A stretch of 64,000 bases of DNA from Poseidonia sp. Its GTDB lineage: Archaea > Thermoplasmatota > Poseidoniia > Poseidoniales > Poseidoniaceae. The DNA lies in NCBI GenBank assembly GCA_030827475.1, contig JAUREJ010000008.1, positions 95-64,094 on the forward strand, in the 5' to 3' direction. Shown piece after piece: positions 36,859-46,247 of the stretch (within the stretch, counting starts at the first letter, position 1; every line of letters begins with the position of its first letter). The notes beneath the pieces were generated by a model. The model made no database searches. It was not told the DNA's origin and saw nothing but the letters and a program-made list of their open reading frames with translations. The translations under genes were made by a program, and so were the position numbers.

Positions 36859-39800
36859 TCACAACAGGTCCTCGAGCGCCGCCTGCACTTCATCGGTACC
36901 GTCCATGACGTCCTGCTCAAGCGAGGGGATGTTTTTCCCTGTCGGTTCCCTGGGTGCTGGGGCTCTGAAAGCGTCCCACGAGGTCAGCAAATCAAGCTCC
37001 TCGGCCGAACGGCGACGACGTTGAACCAAGAAACCAACGAGGAAGGCCACGATGAGCAAGCCAACCGCTGCCCCTGCGAACACGACGACACGCCCGTCCT
37101 GTTCGGGCTCTTCAACGACGAGGTTTCTTGAGACAACATCGATGTTTGCGCTTTCCCCAACACCGTCTCGAGCGATGACCTTGAGCAGTGGGCGTCCGGT
37201 GGTTTCAGGTCGCCATTCGACCACACCTTCCCAAACGCCGTCGCCATCTGCATCAGAGAGGTTCACCTCCCACTGCTGGATGTTGAGCGTGATGTTCACG
37301 CGAACGTCTTGGGTGGTTCCATCTGGGTCGCTGAGTGCAATGCTTACGGTCAGGAATGACAATTCGTTCGCCGTGAAGGTCATGCTGCTGAGCGACAACG
37401 AATCCCGGTCAAGTTCAGGCAAACTGCTCTGCAGCGTGATGTTGACGTGCTCTTCAACCCAATTCCCCCGAGCGTCTTCGACGTACAAGGAAAGATGGTA
37501 CTCGCCTGGGGGCAAGCCCGAAATCTCCTCCTTGGATGCGGTTGAAAGCACCTCCGGATTGCTCTTTTCGGGTGACCACCAACGCCATTCCCTGACGGTC
37601 AAATCGTTGTCGGCATCGTACGATGCTTCGTCGAGCAGCAAGGACGAACCTGCCTCAAAGGATTGGCGATTGACGGGAGAGGTCAGCACCAGCACGGGCG
37701 CAGATTCGGTCACGGTCAAGGTAAAGCTCTCGTCCCGAGTCATGCCGCCCTCATCGGTCAGCGTGACGGTCATCACGTGCTCCCCTGCGTTGAGCGTGAA
37801 GCCGTGCCCCTGCATCGGGTCAACGTCCAGGAGCAAGGGCTCGGTTATGAGCGATGACCGGAGGGTGACGGTGAACAGGTCCCCGTCATAATCGACGCTT
37901 TGCGAGGCATCAAAGATCAAATTGGCCGAGGAGGGATGGATGGAGGAGGATTCAGGCGATACCAATCCAAGGACGGGGGCAGAAGGCACCACATTGACCG
38001 TCTGCAAGGCAAGAACGGGTTCGTGAATACCGTCGTCAATGCTCAACGTGATGGTGTGTGTACCAGCGGTCAGTCGACCTTCAAAGTACAGCCAATCTTG
38101 GTCTTCTGGCGTCAGCCGGCCGTCAACATCGCTCGTCCAAGTCACCACCAAATACTCCGTGCCTGCGGCGGGTTCGAACGGTGCACACACCCAACTTCCA
38201 TCAACGGGGAAGGAATCACATGCTGCATCAAAATCCCCTGAGCCGTTGGCCGAGAACCAAATGAGTTCAGAACTCTCGAAGGTTTGCGAACCCGGGGAAT
38301 CGATGACCGCCATGGGAACCGAATTCTCAACCGTCAACAAAACGCTGGTTGATTTTGATTGGTTTACGTGTTCCGCCCGGTCATCGGTGACCTCCATGGT
38401 GATGGTGTGCACGCCACGAGAGAGGTAACCCTCCCAACTGGAAGGCCCGACGGAAAGCACGCCATCGATGGAGGAGGTGTAGGTGACTGTCAGCACATCC
38501 CCCTCCGGATCAACGACCCCGGTGCCGTTGAGCAGCACCATGGCCTCGCTGAAGTTGCTGTCGCGAGCTACGGTAAAGACGGGGTCAGGAATCTCGTTGA
38601 AGAGTGTCACGGGCACCGAAAAACTGGCGTTGTTGCCCACGGCATCAAAAGCGATGACCGTCAACGTAGCGGAGGCTGGGGGGTCCTCTGTGGTGTAGTC
38701 AAAGGTGTACGTGAGCTCTTCAGGGCATTCCCATTGGTTGCCCCAGCCAACACCCTGGTCGGCACTGAAAGAAATGAGGCAAGCAAAGTCATCGCCCTCG
38801 GGGTCAAAGGTGCCCGTGGTGTTCACGATCACGGTCCCGGTTTGGGGTATGACGAGTTCGCTCCACGGGTTGAGAGCAGGTTCGAAACTGACGGTCAAGA
38901 CGGGAGCGAGGTTCACCAGTTCGATGGTCCGGCTTTGCGAAACACAATGGTTGACCGTGTCGCAAATCTCGAGAGTGATGACATGCACACCGTCGTTCAA
39001 CGTGCATCCGTAGGCGTCGTTGCCGTTGGCGACGAAGGCAGCACCGTTGTTGGGGCCGTCGGGGAAGCTCCAACTCCCCGTACAGTTCGCTACGAGGTTA
39101 CCGTCCAAGGTGCTCGTCCATGAAAAGGTCAACACGTCGTTGTCCAAATCCCAAGAATCGGTGGCGTTGAACTCCACCTCACCCTGAGATGAGAAGACCG
39201 AGCCGTCCTCCGGCGAAGTCCAGCGGAGGAACGGGGCTTGGTTCGAGAGCGGAAGCAAACAAGGGACGATGAGGTCTTGGTCAAGCGTCGCTGAAGTGCT
39301 GTTGGCCGTGCTGTCGTAGCCGCAAGAAACCGTGACGCTGTTGAACGCGCTGGCTCCCGAGGAGGTCCAGCGTTGACCGATGAAGTTGGGGAGGTTCACA
39401 TAGCCCAAGTCGTTTGTTCCGAGCTGAACCGAGGGTTCGAAATCCGAGAACGTGACGTTCACGTTTGCGTTTGGTACGCCGTTTGAGTAATTGTTCACCA
39501 CCCAGACCTTGAGGTCCCATGCAACGTCGATGACCGCTCCGCTTGTTAGCACAGCCGAGGAGAGGCTGACGTTGATCGGACGATGGAGATGGAGCGAAGA
39601 AGTCGCATCCAATTGCACGATGTGAGGCTGCGCCGTGGAGCCGTCTTGGTCGGTCAGACTTGACCAGTTCACTGCGCTGTTTTGCAAGTTCACGGAACCG
39701 GTGCAACCGGAGGAAAGGAGGTTGTCGCTCCCGCTCAAGCCAGGATGGTTGGTGAACGTTGCACAGGCTGTTCCGGCCAAGGTGGCGTTGGACAACGAGG

Positions 39801-41646
39801 AAGGGAAATTGCCGTTGTTGCTGCCGTCCCACTCGAGGCCGGAGTGGTTTCCAGGCATGGAAAAGCCGTCGATGTTGGCCGCCACGCGGTCAAGACGGAC
39901 AGCGGGCAATGCAGGGCTCTCAGCGGACACGACGGCGTTGGAAATCGAGACGCTCCCCGAGGACCCGGCGGGCAGTTGGTCGCTGTTGTCGATGTGTAAG
40001 GCGGGCAGACCAGGGTTGTTGTCAAACAACGTGAGACCCTCAAGCCAGAGGTCCACGGAATTGACGGCGAGGAGACCGGCTCCGGTGGACCCCGAGACCG
40101 AGCAATTGGTGCAACGTACGTCCCCCGAAGCCGATTCGATGTCGTTGGCGTCTTCATAATACAGACCGGCTTGGTTTCGCTCAAGCGGATTTGAGACGGC
40201 ATCTCCACCGTTGTCTCGTGCGGTGAGGTTCTCGAACACCACGTTACGAGCGTCCCAAACCTGAGCGCCCGACTGTCCGTTATCGGTCAGTTCCATCCCG
40301 TTCACATGGACGGTGGCGCTGTTGACATACAAGCCGTGGTCGGTGTTGTTGTGGAGGTTCCAGTCAAATCCTTGCATGGCTCCACCCGAAGACGAGTAGA
40401 CTCCGGGGCCGACCGACCCGCTCACTTCAAGCCCTTCGAACCTCGGCGCGAAAAAGGAAGAGCGTACAGCCACCCCCGCTTCGTGAGGACCTTGCCCTGG
40501 ATCGCCCGAATCGCGGACCGTTAAATTTCGGAAGGTCGTCGAACTGTCAACGAAGTACAATCGAACGCCGACGGTGGTTGAGTCCTCAACCAACGTGTCC
40601 TCGAACCATGCACCGGTTGCGTTGACTTCAATAGCTGCATAGCCGATGTTCGGGGTTTTTGCATCCTGACCTCCCGTGCCGAGGACCGTTAAATTCGTGA
40701 AATCTGCCGTTTCGTAATTCGTGTAATTGGTGTGGTTGTTCTTGTCCACATACACGCCACGATACATCGAATTGCTGATCACGGCGTTGCGAACCACGCC
40801 GTGGGTGTAGCCGCCGTCGTCAATGTGGCGAATCACCATCCCGGTATCGGAACGGTCGATGCTGAGGTTGGTGAGCAAAGGTTGGCTGTCTTCAACCCAA
40901 ATGCCCGCAGCGGTGACCCATGAGGAGCCGCTGCAATTGTCAACGGTGATGCCGTCAAGGAGGCCGCCGGACCCGCCCCATATGTTCACCGCTCGAGTCA
41001 ACACGTCAGAGAAAACAGCCCGCTTCACGATGGGGGTGGAGCCTGCGCCGACCGAAAGGCCCAGGCCGTACCGCCAATCGCCCTGGAAAGGGACGTTTCG
41101 ACCCGCTTGGTCAACGAAGAGGTCGGTGATTCGTGGCGAGGCTGAACTGAACAAATCAATCGCCACGCGGTCGGGGTTGACGACGGTCAAATTTTCGATG
41201 ACCGGATTTGAGCCATAAATCGTGATGCCGTAAATGGCGTCTTCAATCGTTAAATTTTGAATCAACGAACCGCGGCCCAACGAGGTGCTGTTGAACTGAA
41301 TCCCCTCATGGTCGTTCAGGCCGCTTGCCTGCAAGATCACAGGACACGCCGAGGTTCCCAGCACGGTAAGGCGCCCGTCGACGATAATCCGTTCGCCTGC
41401 TGGCAACTGGATGACCGTGCACGGTTGAACGATGACCTCGTCGGCCACGCCGATGGTGTACGTTCCGGAGAGGGATTGGGTCCCCGACCACGTGGTCTGC
41501 GCCCGGCCAGCGGAACTGACGACCTCGCTCGATGAATCCAGGGTTGAAGGCGTGGCTTCTGGCGAGACCACCGGCAAACCCACCGGGCCAATCAACAAGG
41601 CCAGGGCGAGGAAAACGAGCCAACATGATGATGCCGTTCGCTCCAT
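36859..41646 (-). CDS. giant type-I surface protein (parallel beta-helix repeats + multiple PKD/Ig-like domains + C-terminal TM)
   Basis: 1595 aa from ATG 41646 (MERTASSCWLVFLALALLIGPVG). The N-terminal half has PbH1-like repeats (NLTIEDAIYGITIYGSNPVIENLTVVN...). The C-terminal half repeats S.D.D.D.L...W.S..DG.L. TM VVVFAGAAVGLLIVAFLVGFLV then QRRRR. Confidence 0.8.
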   Translation of the reverse strand: MERTASSCWLVFLALALLIGPVGLPVVSPEATPSTLDSSSEVVSSAGRAQTTWSGTQSLSGTYTIGVADEVIVQPCTVIQLPAGERIIVDGRLTVLGTSACPVILQASGLNDHEGIQFNSTSLGRGSLIQNLTIEDAIYGITIYGSNPVIENLTVVNPDRVAIDLFSSASPRITDLFVDQAGRNVPFQGDWRYGLGLSVGAGSTPIVKRAVFSDVLTRAVNIWGGSGGLLDGITVDNCSGSSWVTAAGIWVEDSQPLLTNLSIDRSDTGMVIRHIDDGGYTHGVVRNAVISNSMYRGVYVDKNNHTNYTNYETADFTNLTVLGTGGQDAKTPNIGYAAIEVNATGAWFEDTLVEDSTTVGVRLYFVDSSTTFRNLTVRDSGDPGQGPHEAGVAVRSSFFAPRFEGLEVSGSVGPGVYSSSGGAMQGFDWNLHNNTDHGLYVNSATVHVNGMELTDNGQSGAQVWDARNVVFENLTARDNGGDAVSNPLERNQAGLYYEDANDIESASGDVRCTNCSVSGSTGAGLLAVNSVDLWLEGLTLFDNNPGLPALHIDNSDQLPAGSSGSVSISNAVVSAESPALPAVRLDRVAANIDGFSMPGNHSGLEWDGSNNGNFPSSLSNATLAGTACATFTNHPGLSGSDNLLSSGCTGSVNLQNSAVNWSSLTDQDGSTAQPHIVQLDATSSLHLHRPINVSLSSAVLTSGAVIDVAWDLKVWVVNNYSNGVPNANVNVTFSDFEPSVQLGTNDLGYVNLPNFIGQRWTSSGASAFNSVTVSCGYDSTANSTSATLDQDLIVPCLLPLSNQAPFLRWTSPEDGSVFSSQGEVEFNATDSWDLDNDVLTFSWTSTLDGNLVANCTGSWSFPDGPNNGAAFVANGNDAYGCTLNDGVHVITLEICDTVNHCVSQSRTIELVNLAPVLTVSFEPALNPWSELVIPQTGTVIVNTTGTFDPEGDDFACLISFSADQGVGWGNQWECPEELTYTFDYTTEDPPASATLTVIAFDAVGNNASFSVPVTLFNEIPDPVFTVARDSNFSEAMVLLNGTGVVDPEGDVLTVTYTSSIDGVLSVGPSSWEGYLSRGVHTITMEVTDDRAEHVNQSKSTSVLLTVENSVPMAVIDSPGSQTFESSELIWFSANGSGDFDAACDSFPVDGSWVCAPFEPAAGTEYLVVTWTSDVDGRLTPEDQDWLYFEGRLTAGTHTITLSIDDGIHEPVLALQTVNVVPSAPVLGLVSPESSSIHPSSANLIFDASQSVDYDGDLFTVTLRSSLITEPLLLDVDPMQGHGFTLNAGEHVMTVTLTDEGGMTRDESFTLTVTESAPVLVLTSPVNRQSFEAGSSLLLDEASYDADNDLTVREWRWWSPEKSNPEVLSTASKEEISGLPPGEYHLSLYVEDARGNWVEEHVNITLQSSLPELDRDSLSLSSMTFTANELSFLTVSIALSDPDGTTQDVRVNITLNIQQWEVNLSDADGDGVWEGVVEWRPETTGRPLLKVIARDGVGESANIDVVSRNLVVEEPEQDGRVVVFAGAAVGLLIVAFLVGFLVQRRRRSAEELDLLTSWDAFRAPAPREPTGKNIPSLEQDVMDGTDEVQAALEDLL

Positions 41647-41696
41647 CAAAAGGCACCTGTTGCAATCCCTCTTCAAAGGTTCCCTCTCGTGTGACG

Positions 41697-41711
41697 GCCT
41701 TCCATGAAGGC
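41697..41711. promoter_or_regulatory. palindrome GCCTTC-CAT-GAAGGC between divergent promoters
   Basis: 6-bp arms. Located between the box for the beta-helix giant (TTGAAGAG, minus, starts 41676) and the box for the RAM-domain genes (CCTAAATCCC at 41718). Confidence 0.3.
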
Positions 41712-41748
41712 AGGAAGCCCTAAATCCCGATTTCATATGGTGAGGTTG

Positions 41749-41982
41749 ATGCCCGAAGCCTTCGTGTTGTTCAAGACAGAGCCAACGCATGAACGCGAGG
41801 TGTATCTCGCCCTCTCCAGCCATGAAGGGGTTGCTGAAGTTCACGCCCTTTACGGCGAATTTGACCTTCTGGTCCGAATCAGTTCCCCAAACTCAAAGGA
41901 GCTCTCAGGGTTGTTGATGGGAACGTTTCGGCAAATCGAAGGTGTCAAAGAGACGCAAACGCTGATTGCTGTGGAGGGATGA
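41749..41982 (+). CDS. stand-alone Lrp/AsnC ligand-binding (RAM) domain protein 1
   Basis: 77 aa from ATG 41749 (MPEAFVLFKTEP...HALYGEFDLLVRI...ETQTLIAVEG). This start gives the same length as the paralog and sits 31 nt after an AT-rich box. Alternatives are 41737 and 41704. Confidence 0.75.
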   Translation: MPEAFVLFKTEPTHEREVYLALSSHEGVAEVHALYGEFDLLVRISSPNSKELSGLLMGTFRQIEGVKETQTLIAVEG

Positions 41983-41984
41983 AA

Positions 41985-42218
41985 ATGGCGATAGGATTTG
42001 TTTTGATGACCACCAAACCCGGCCAAGAGGGATCCGTTCGATCTGCGCTTGAGAACATTGACCTCGTGACCAATCACTGGATGCTCTTTGGCCAATATGA
42101 CCTCATCGCTCGGGTTCAAGCCGACGAAGAATACGAATTGACCCGCTGCATCGTTGAAGAGATTCGACAACTTCCGGGCATCCAAGAAACCAAGACGCTC
42201 ATCGGCGCCGAACTTTGA
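41985..42218 (+). CDS. stand-alone Lrp/AsnC ligand-binding (RAM) domain protein 2
   Basis: 77 aa from ATG 41985 (MAIGFVLMTTKP...MLFGQYDLIARV...ETKTLIGAEL). SD GGAGGG at 41973-41978 with 6-nt spacing. ATG 41979 is an alternative. Confidence 0.75.
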   Translation: MAIGFVLMTTKPGQEGSVRSALENIDLVTNHWMLFGQYDLIARVQADEEYELTRCIVEEIRQLPGIQETKTLIGAEL

Positions 42219-44456
42219 TCAGAGCACACGATGAAGGCGAAGGGTTGCGGCTTTTGCTGCACGCAAACAGCCGGCTTGTCGAAAGCAACGAGCTGCTTCT
42301 CGCAACGCCATGGCTGCAGGCCGATAGCCGGTGCGCCCTGCGAGGTACCACCATCGTGCCGCATACCGCATGGAGGGAGCGCCTGCACCTTCAAGGCGGT
42401 CCGGTGATGGTAGGTTCGCAAGGAAAGTTGCGGCTTCGTCCAAAGAATCCGTTGCAAGATGTTCCCCGAAGGTCAACCCGACCGCAGCGGAATGCAGCGG
42501 GGAAGGTTGCACCTCCATCACCGCCATGGTTTGGCTACGCAACGACGCTATACCTTCCCCGGAAGATGTTCGTTGATGCAGCAGTGTCCTGAGGTTCATC
42601 TGCTGAACAAGCGGGTCCTCATCGGTGCTCAAGCCGGCCAACTGCTCGGCCAGGGCCGTGGCCCGTTCCACATCGCCGTCGTGGAGAGCGAGCGCGTGGC
42701 GAATCATGCTCATGCTCACGGTCACGGTCGCACGAATCGGGCCTGCATCGGGAAGTTCAACGTCATTCAGCAAGGCGCGAATTGATTGAACATCAATGCT
42801 TGAGGGTTCGTCGAACAAGCGGTCGTCGAGTCGTTGGACGGCGGTGCGGAGCACCAAACGGGTTCGCTCAACCGAGGCCGCGCGCTCAAGTTGCCGTTCC
42901 AGCAAACGTTGGACAGCCGTCTCGTTGCCCTCAAGCAAAGCCATCGCATGGGCCAAATCATCGTAAAGGGCCTCGTCTCGAACCGCTTCGAGGTGGGTAC
43001 GGGCCCGTTCAACCTCGTTTCGCTGGACCGCAACGCGCCCCGCCCAGTAATGCAGCCGCTCGTTTTGTGGGTGCTGTTGGGTTGCCCGGTCAAACAGCAC
43101 GGCAAGAGCGGCGGCATCGGCGGCGACAAGGCGGTCGAAATCACCCTCGATCCACGCATCGAGTTCATCCTTTTCCAAGGCCATGGCGTGGTAGAGGCGG
43201 AGAAGAGCGCCCTGTGGGCGATCCAAGCGCTCTTCCCAGTGGGCGAGCGAAAGGGCGTGGAGACGATGGAGATCGGCATCGTCCAACATCGCTCTGCGAA
43301 CGTTTCGGACAAGGTGTTGAACCTCAACCCTCCCGGAATCTCCAGACCATCTCAGGAGCGCTCGGTCATCCAGAGCATCCGTCTCATCGCCACCAGGGGC
43401 GTCTTCTGGTGAAAGCGGCCTTGGATAAAGCACCATCAGGTCGAGGCTGAAGCGTTCCTTCTCAGCAAGCGCATTCAACATCGTTTGTTCAACAAAGGCT
43501 TGCACGTCAGCGCCGGCTTCGGGAAGCGGGTCTCCTTCCCGGTACAGCTGCAAGGCCATCGGGTGACCTCCAAGAGCGCGGGCAATACGGAGCCGTTGTG
43601 AAGCCTCCAGATGTTCCCCAAGCAAATCGGAGGCGATGTTCGGGTCCAGCGTCCCGAGACGAAGCACCGGCCAAGTCAACCCCTCAAACAAGGGGAGACG
43701 TCCAGCGAGCAAAGCGGTGCATCCGGCTTCGAGCAGCGATTGAAGAAGTTCCAACACCCCTTCCTGATGACGGGGAGCCAACCGGTCCATGTCGTCGACG
43801 ATGAACACGGTGCTGGCGTCCTCTTCGGCCATGCGCTCCGCCATTGAGGCCGTTACGCTTGGTGCGGGACCTTCGCCCTCGTACCACGAACCAAAGAGGG
43901 TCCGGGCATCCGTAAATTCGTCGACCTTCGCTCGCCGAACCCCCCGCTTGGCGGCGAGAAGGCCCTCGGCGTAGGCATCCAACAAAGCCGTCTTGCCAAC
44001 ACCGGATAAGCCGCCAACAACCAGTTTTCGTTCCTTTTCAAGCCTGTCATGAAGTTCCTTGAGGGTGGTGGATCGCCCCACCAAGAAAGGGGTCTCAGCC
44101 AAGGAATCCGATGGGAGGCCATCCTCGGCCTTGGTGAGTTCAGGGTTCGCTTCAAGCCAAGCTCGACCCGCCTTGGAGACGTGGTAGACCTGACGACGTC
44201 GACTGCCACCGCCGATGACATGGGCGACACGAACCGAAATGAACGCCATCTCGAGGAGGGCATTGAGCGGTTGGTTCAACCCTGACCGCACCACGCCCAT
44301 CGCATCGGCCAAGCCGGGAAGCGAAAGGTCTCGAGGGACGTCCCACGCCTCCTCAAGGCCGATTGGAAAGGTCCCAAGATACCTCAGCAACTTTTCCTGC
44401 GAACGGCTGAGCATGAGGACCCGTGGAGAAGGTCGGGTGCCTCCTTCATCAATCAT
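42219..44456 (-). CDS. wHTH - STAND (NB-ARC/MalT-like) NTPase - TPR-like repeat protein
   Basis: 745 aa from ATG 44456 (alternative 44414). N-terminal wHTH (LSRSQEKLLRYLG...RRRQVYHVSKAGRAWL). Walker A GGLSGVGKTALL, Walker B VFIVDDMD, GxP motif ALGGHPMALQL, then ~450 aa of helical repeats. The upstream 296 codons of the track ORF are antisense to uvrC. Confidence 0.75.
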   Translation of the reverse strand: MIDEGGTRPSPRVLMLSRSQEKLLRYLGTFPIGLEEAWDVPRDLSLPGLADAMGVVRSGLNQPLNALLEMAFISVRVAHVIGGGSRRRQVYHVSKAGRAWLEANPELTKAEDGLPSDSLAETPFLVGRSTTLKELHDRLEKERKLVVGGLSGVGKTALLDAYAEGLLAAKRGVRRAKVDEFTDARTLFGSWYEGEGPAPSVTASMAERMAEEDASTVFIVDDMDRLAPRHQEGVLELLQSLLEAGCTALLAGRLPLFEGLTWPVLRLGTLDPNIASDLLGEHLEASQRLRIARALGGHPMALQLYREGDPLPEAGADVQAFVEQTMLNALAEKERFSLDLMVLYPRPLSPEDAPGGDETDALDDRALLRWSGDSGRVEVQHLVRNVRRAMLDDADLHRLHALSLAHWEERLDRPQGALLRLYHAMALEKDELDAWIEGDFDRLVAADAAALAVLFDRATQQHPQNERLHYWAGRVAVQRNEVERARTHLEAVRDEALYDDLAHAMALLEGNETAVQRLLERQLERAASVERTRLVLRTAVQRLDDRLFDEPSSIDVQSIRALLNDVELPDAGPIRATVTVSMSMIRHALALHDGDVERATALAEQLAGLSTDEDPLVQQMNLRTLLHQRTSSGEGIASLRSQTMAVMEVQPSPLHSAAVGLTFGEHLATDSLDEAATFLANLPSPDRLEGAGAPSMRYAARWWYLAGRTGYRPAAMALREAARCFRQAGCLRAAKAATLRLHRVL

Positions 44457-44490
44457 CCCCACGTCTGCTTCCTCGTTTGCACGTGGGTTG

Positions 44491-44500
44491 CCCTTTTGAC
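44491..44500 (+). promoter_or_regulatory. TATA-like box (CCCTTTTGAC) for uvrC
   Basis: TTTTGAC starts 29 nt upstream of the ATG at 44523. The identical TTTTGAC box with similar spacing precedes the JAMM gene (55005 / 55033). Confidence 0.45.
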
Positions 44501-44522
44501 CGACGGCCTTCGTCGGCTCTGC

Positions 44523-46247
44523 ATGCCCGTTGACCTCGCTTCGGCCGATTTGCCGAGCGAACCGGGGGTCTACCTGTTCAAAACGGCACAAGGAAGGGTG
44601 TTGTACGTTGGAAAAGCCACCCGGCTGAATGAGCGGATACGCTCCTATTTCGCCGCCAATCCCGACCGCGTGATGATTCCTGAATTGGTGGAGCGGGCCG
44701 ATGACATCGAATGCATCGTTACGCAAACGCCCCAAGCCGCTTTGGTCTTGGAACGCCAACTGATTCGCGAACACATGCCACGGTTCAACTCGATGTTGAA
44801 GGACGGCAAGTCCTTTCCGTATTTGGCGATGACCAACGAGGATTACCCGCGTATCATGTACACCCGTCACCCTCCAAAATCGAGCGAGCAATGGGGGCCG
44901 TTTCCAAACGCCGGCGCCGCCAAGCAGGTCATGCAATTGCTCCGCCGACAATTCGGCATTCGGGACTGCAAGGAACTGCTCCCCCAAGGGTGCCTTTCGA
45001 TGCACATCGGTTTGTGTGCAGGCCCCTGCATCAACGGCGACGGCTACGACGACCGGGTGAAAGCGGTGCGACGCGTGCTCAACGGCGACGCCGCCCCGCT
45101 GCTTGAGGAACTGGTGGCGAGCATGGAGGCGGCCTCGGAGGCTGAGGCCTTCGAAACGGCTGCTCAGCATCGCGACATGATTCGCGCCGTTCGTGCCACG
45201 ACAAGCCAACACGTCGTGTCGAGCAAGGTGTACCGAGATTGCGACGCCATCGGCTTTGAGGCCGAGGGAGACCTCGCCGCTCTGGTGGTTTTGCACGCCG
45301 ATGACGGGATGGTGCAGGGCCAAGAAGCGTGGCCAGCGATTCACCGTGGGGACATCGGCGAAACCGTCTCAATGTTCATCGCCGAACACTATGCTCACCG
45401 TACGCCGCCTCGCTTGCTGCTCTCTCCCGTACCACTGTTTGATGGCCTGCAATCCTGGCTTGACGAGCGGAGGGGGTCGGCGGTCGAGGTGCGAACGCCG
45501 CAGCGTGGAGACCTTGAGAACCTCGCAACGCTGGCTCGCCAAAACGCCTCCATACAACTTCAGCGCATGGTCAACAAATCGAGCGGTTCGCTTGAACAAC
45601 GAGCGGCCGACGACGGCGCCAAGGCTCTGGGCATGGCCTCACTGGACCACATCGTCTGCTTTGACATGGCCCAATTGTTGGGTGATGAACGGGTGGGCGC
45701 CAGCGTGGTGATGCGCAACGGACGGCCTGCAAAGGACGAATACAGGAAGTACGTCGTCAAAGGCGAGGCCATGGACGACCTCCGCATGATGAAAGAGGTC
45801 GTCGTGCGATGGGCGAAGCGGCAGGATGAATGGCCGGATTTGCTGCTCATCGACGGTGGCGAGACCCACCTGGCCACCATTCGGCAAGCACTCGAGGAGC
45901 ACGGCTGGCAAGACCGATTTCCGTTGGCTGCCCTCGCCAAGCGGGAAGAGACGATTTTTCGAACCGAGATGGAGCCTCTCGTGCTCGACCGCACGGGACG
46001 GGTGCTGGTGCACGCTCGCGACGAAGCCCACCGTTTCGTCAACAGCTTTCACCGCCGTCGCCGCAGCCGCTCACGTCTGGCTGACCCCTTGGAAGAGGTG
46101 GATGGTTTGGGTGCGAAGAAATTGCAAACGCTGCTTCGCCACTTCGGAGGGCGAAAAGGCATCGAGCACGCATCGGAAAGCGAACTCACCACGGTTCCTG
46201 GTATTGGGCCGGCCCTCGCCAGCCGCATCCATGCAGCGCTCCACTAA
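44523..46247 (+). CDS. uvrC: excinuclease ABC subunit C
   Basis: 574 aa from ATG 44523 (the track start 44496 is TTG). GIY-YIG PGVYLFKTAQGRVLYVGKA...R..SYF. C-terminal HhH TVPGIGPALASRI. Confidence 0.92.
   Translation: MPVDLASADLPSEPGVYLFKTAQGRVLYVGKATRLNERIRSYFAANPDRVMIPELVERADDIECIVTQTPQAALVLERQLIREHMPRFNSMLKDGKSFPYLAMTNEDYPRIMYTRHPPKSSEQWGPFPNAGAAKQVMQLLRRQFGIRDCKELLPQGCLSMHIGLCAGPCINGDGYDDRVKAVRRVLNGDAAPLLEELVASMEAASEAEAFETAAQHRDMIRAVRATTSQHVVSSKVYRDCDAIGFEAEGDLAALVVLHADDGMVQGQEAWPAIHRGDIGETVSMFIAEHYAHRTPPRLLLSPVPLFDGLQSWLDERRGSAVEVRTPQRGDLENLATLARQNASIQLQRMVNKSSGSLEQRAADDGAKALGMASLDHIVCFDMAQLLGDERVGASVVMRNGRPAKDEYRKYVVKGEAMDDLRMMKEVVVRWAKRQDEWPDLLLIDGGETHLATIRQALEEHGWQDRFPLAALAKREETIFRTEMEPLVLDRTGRVLVHARDEAHRFVNSFHRRRRSRSRLADPLEEVDGLGAKKLQTLLRHFGGRKGIEHASESELTTVPGIGPALASRIHAALH

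Noticed and set aside
44457-45344. 296-codon N-terminal extension of the STAND ORF, running antisense through uvrC.
   Set aside because: uvrC is unambiguous on the plus strand. The extension has no recognisable motif, and the wHTH begins right after ATG 44456. I treat it as an antisense open frame caused by GC bias.
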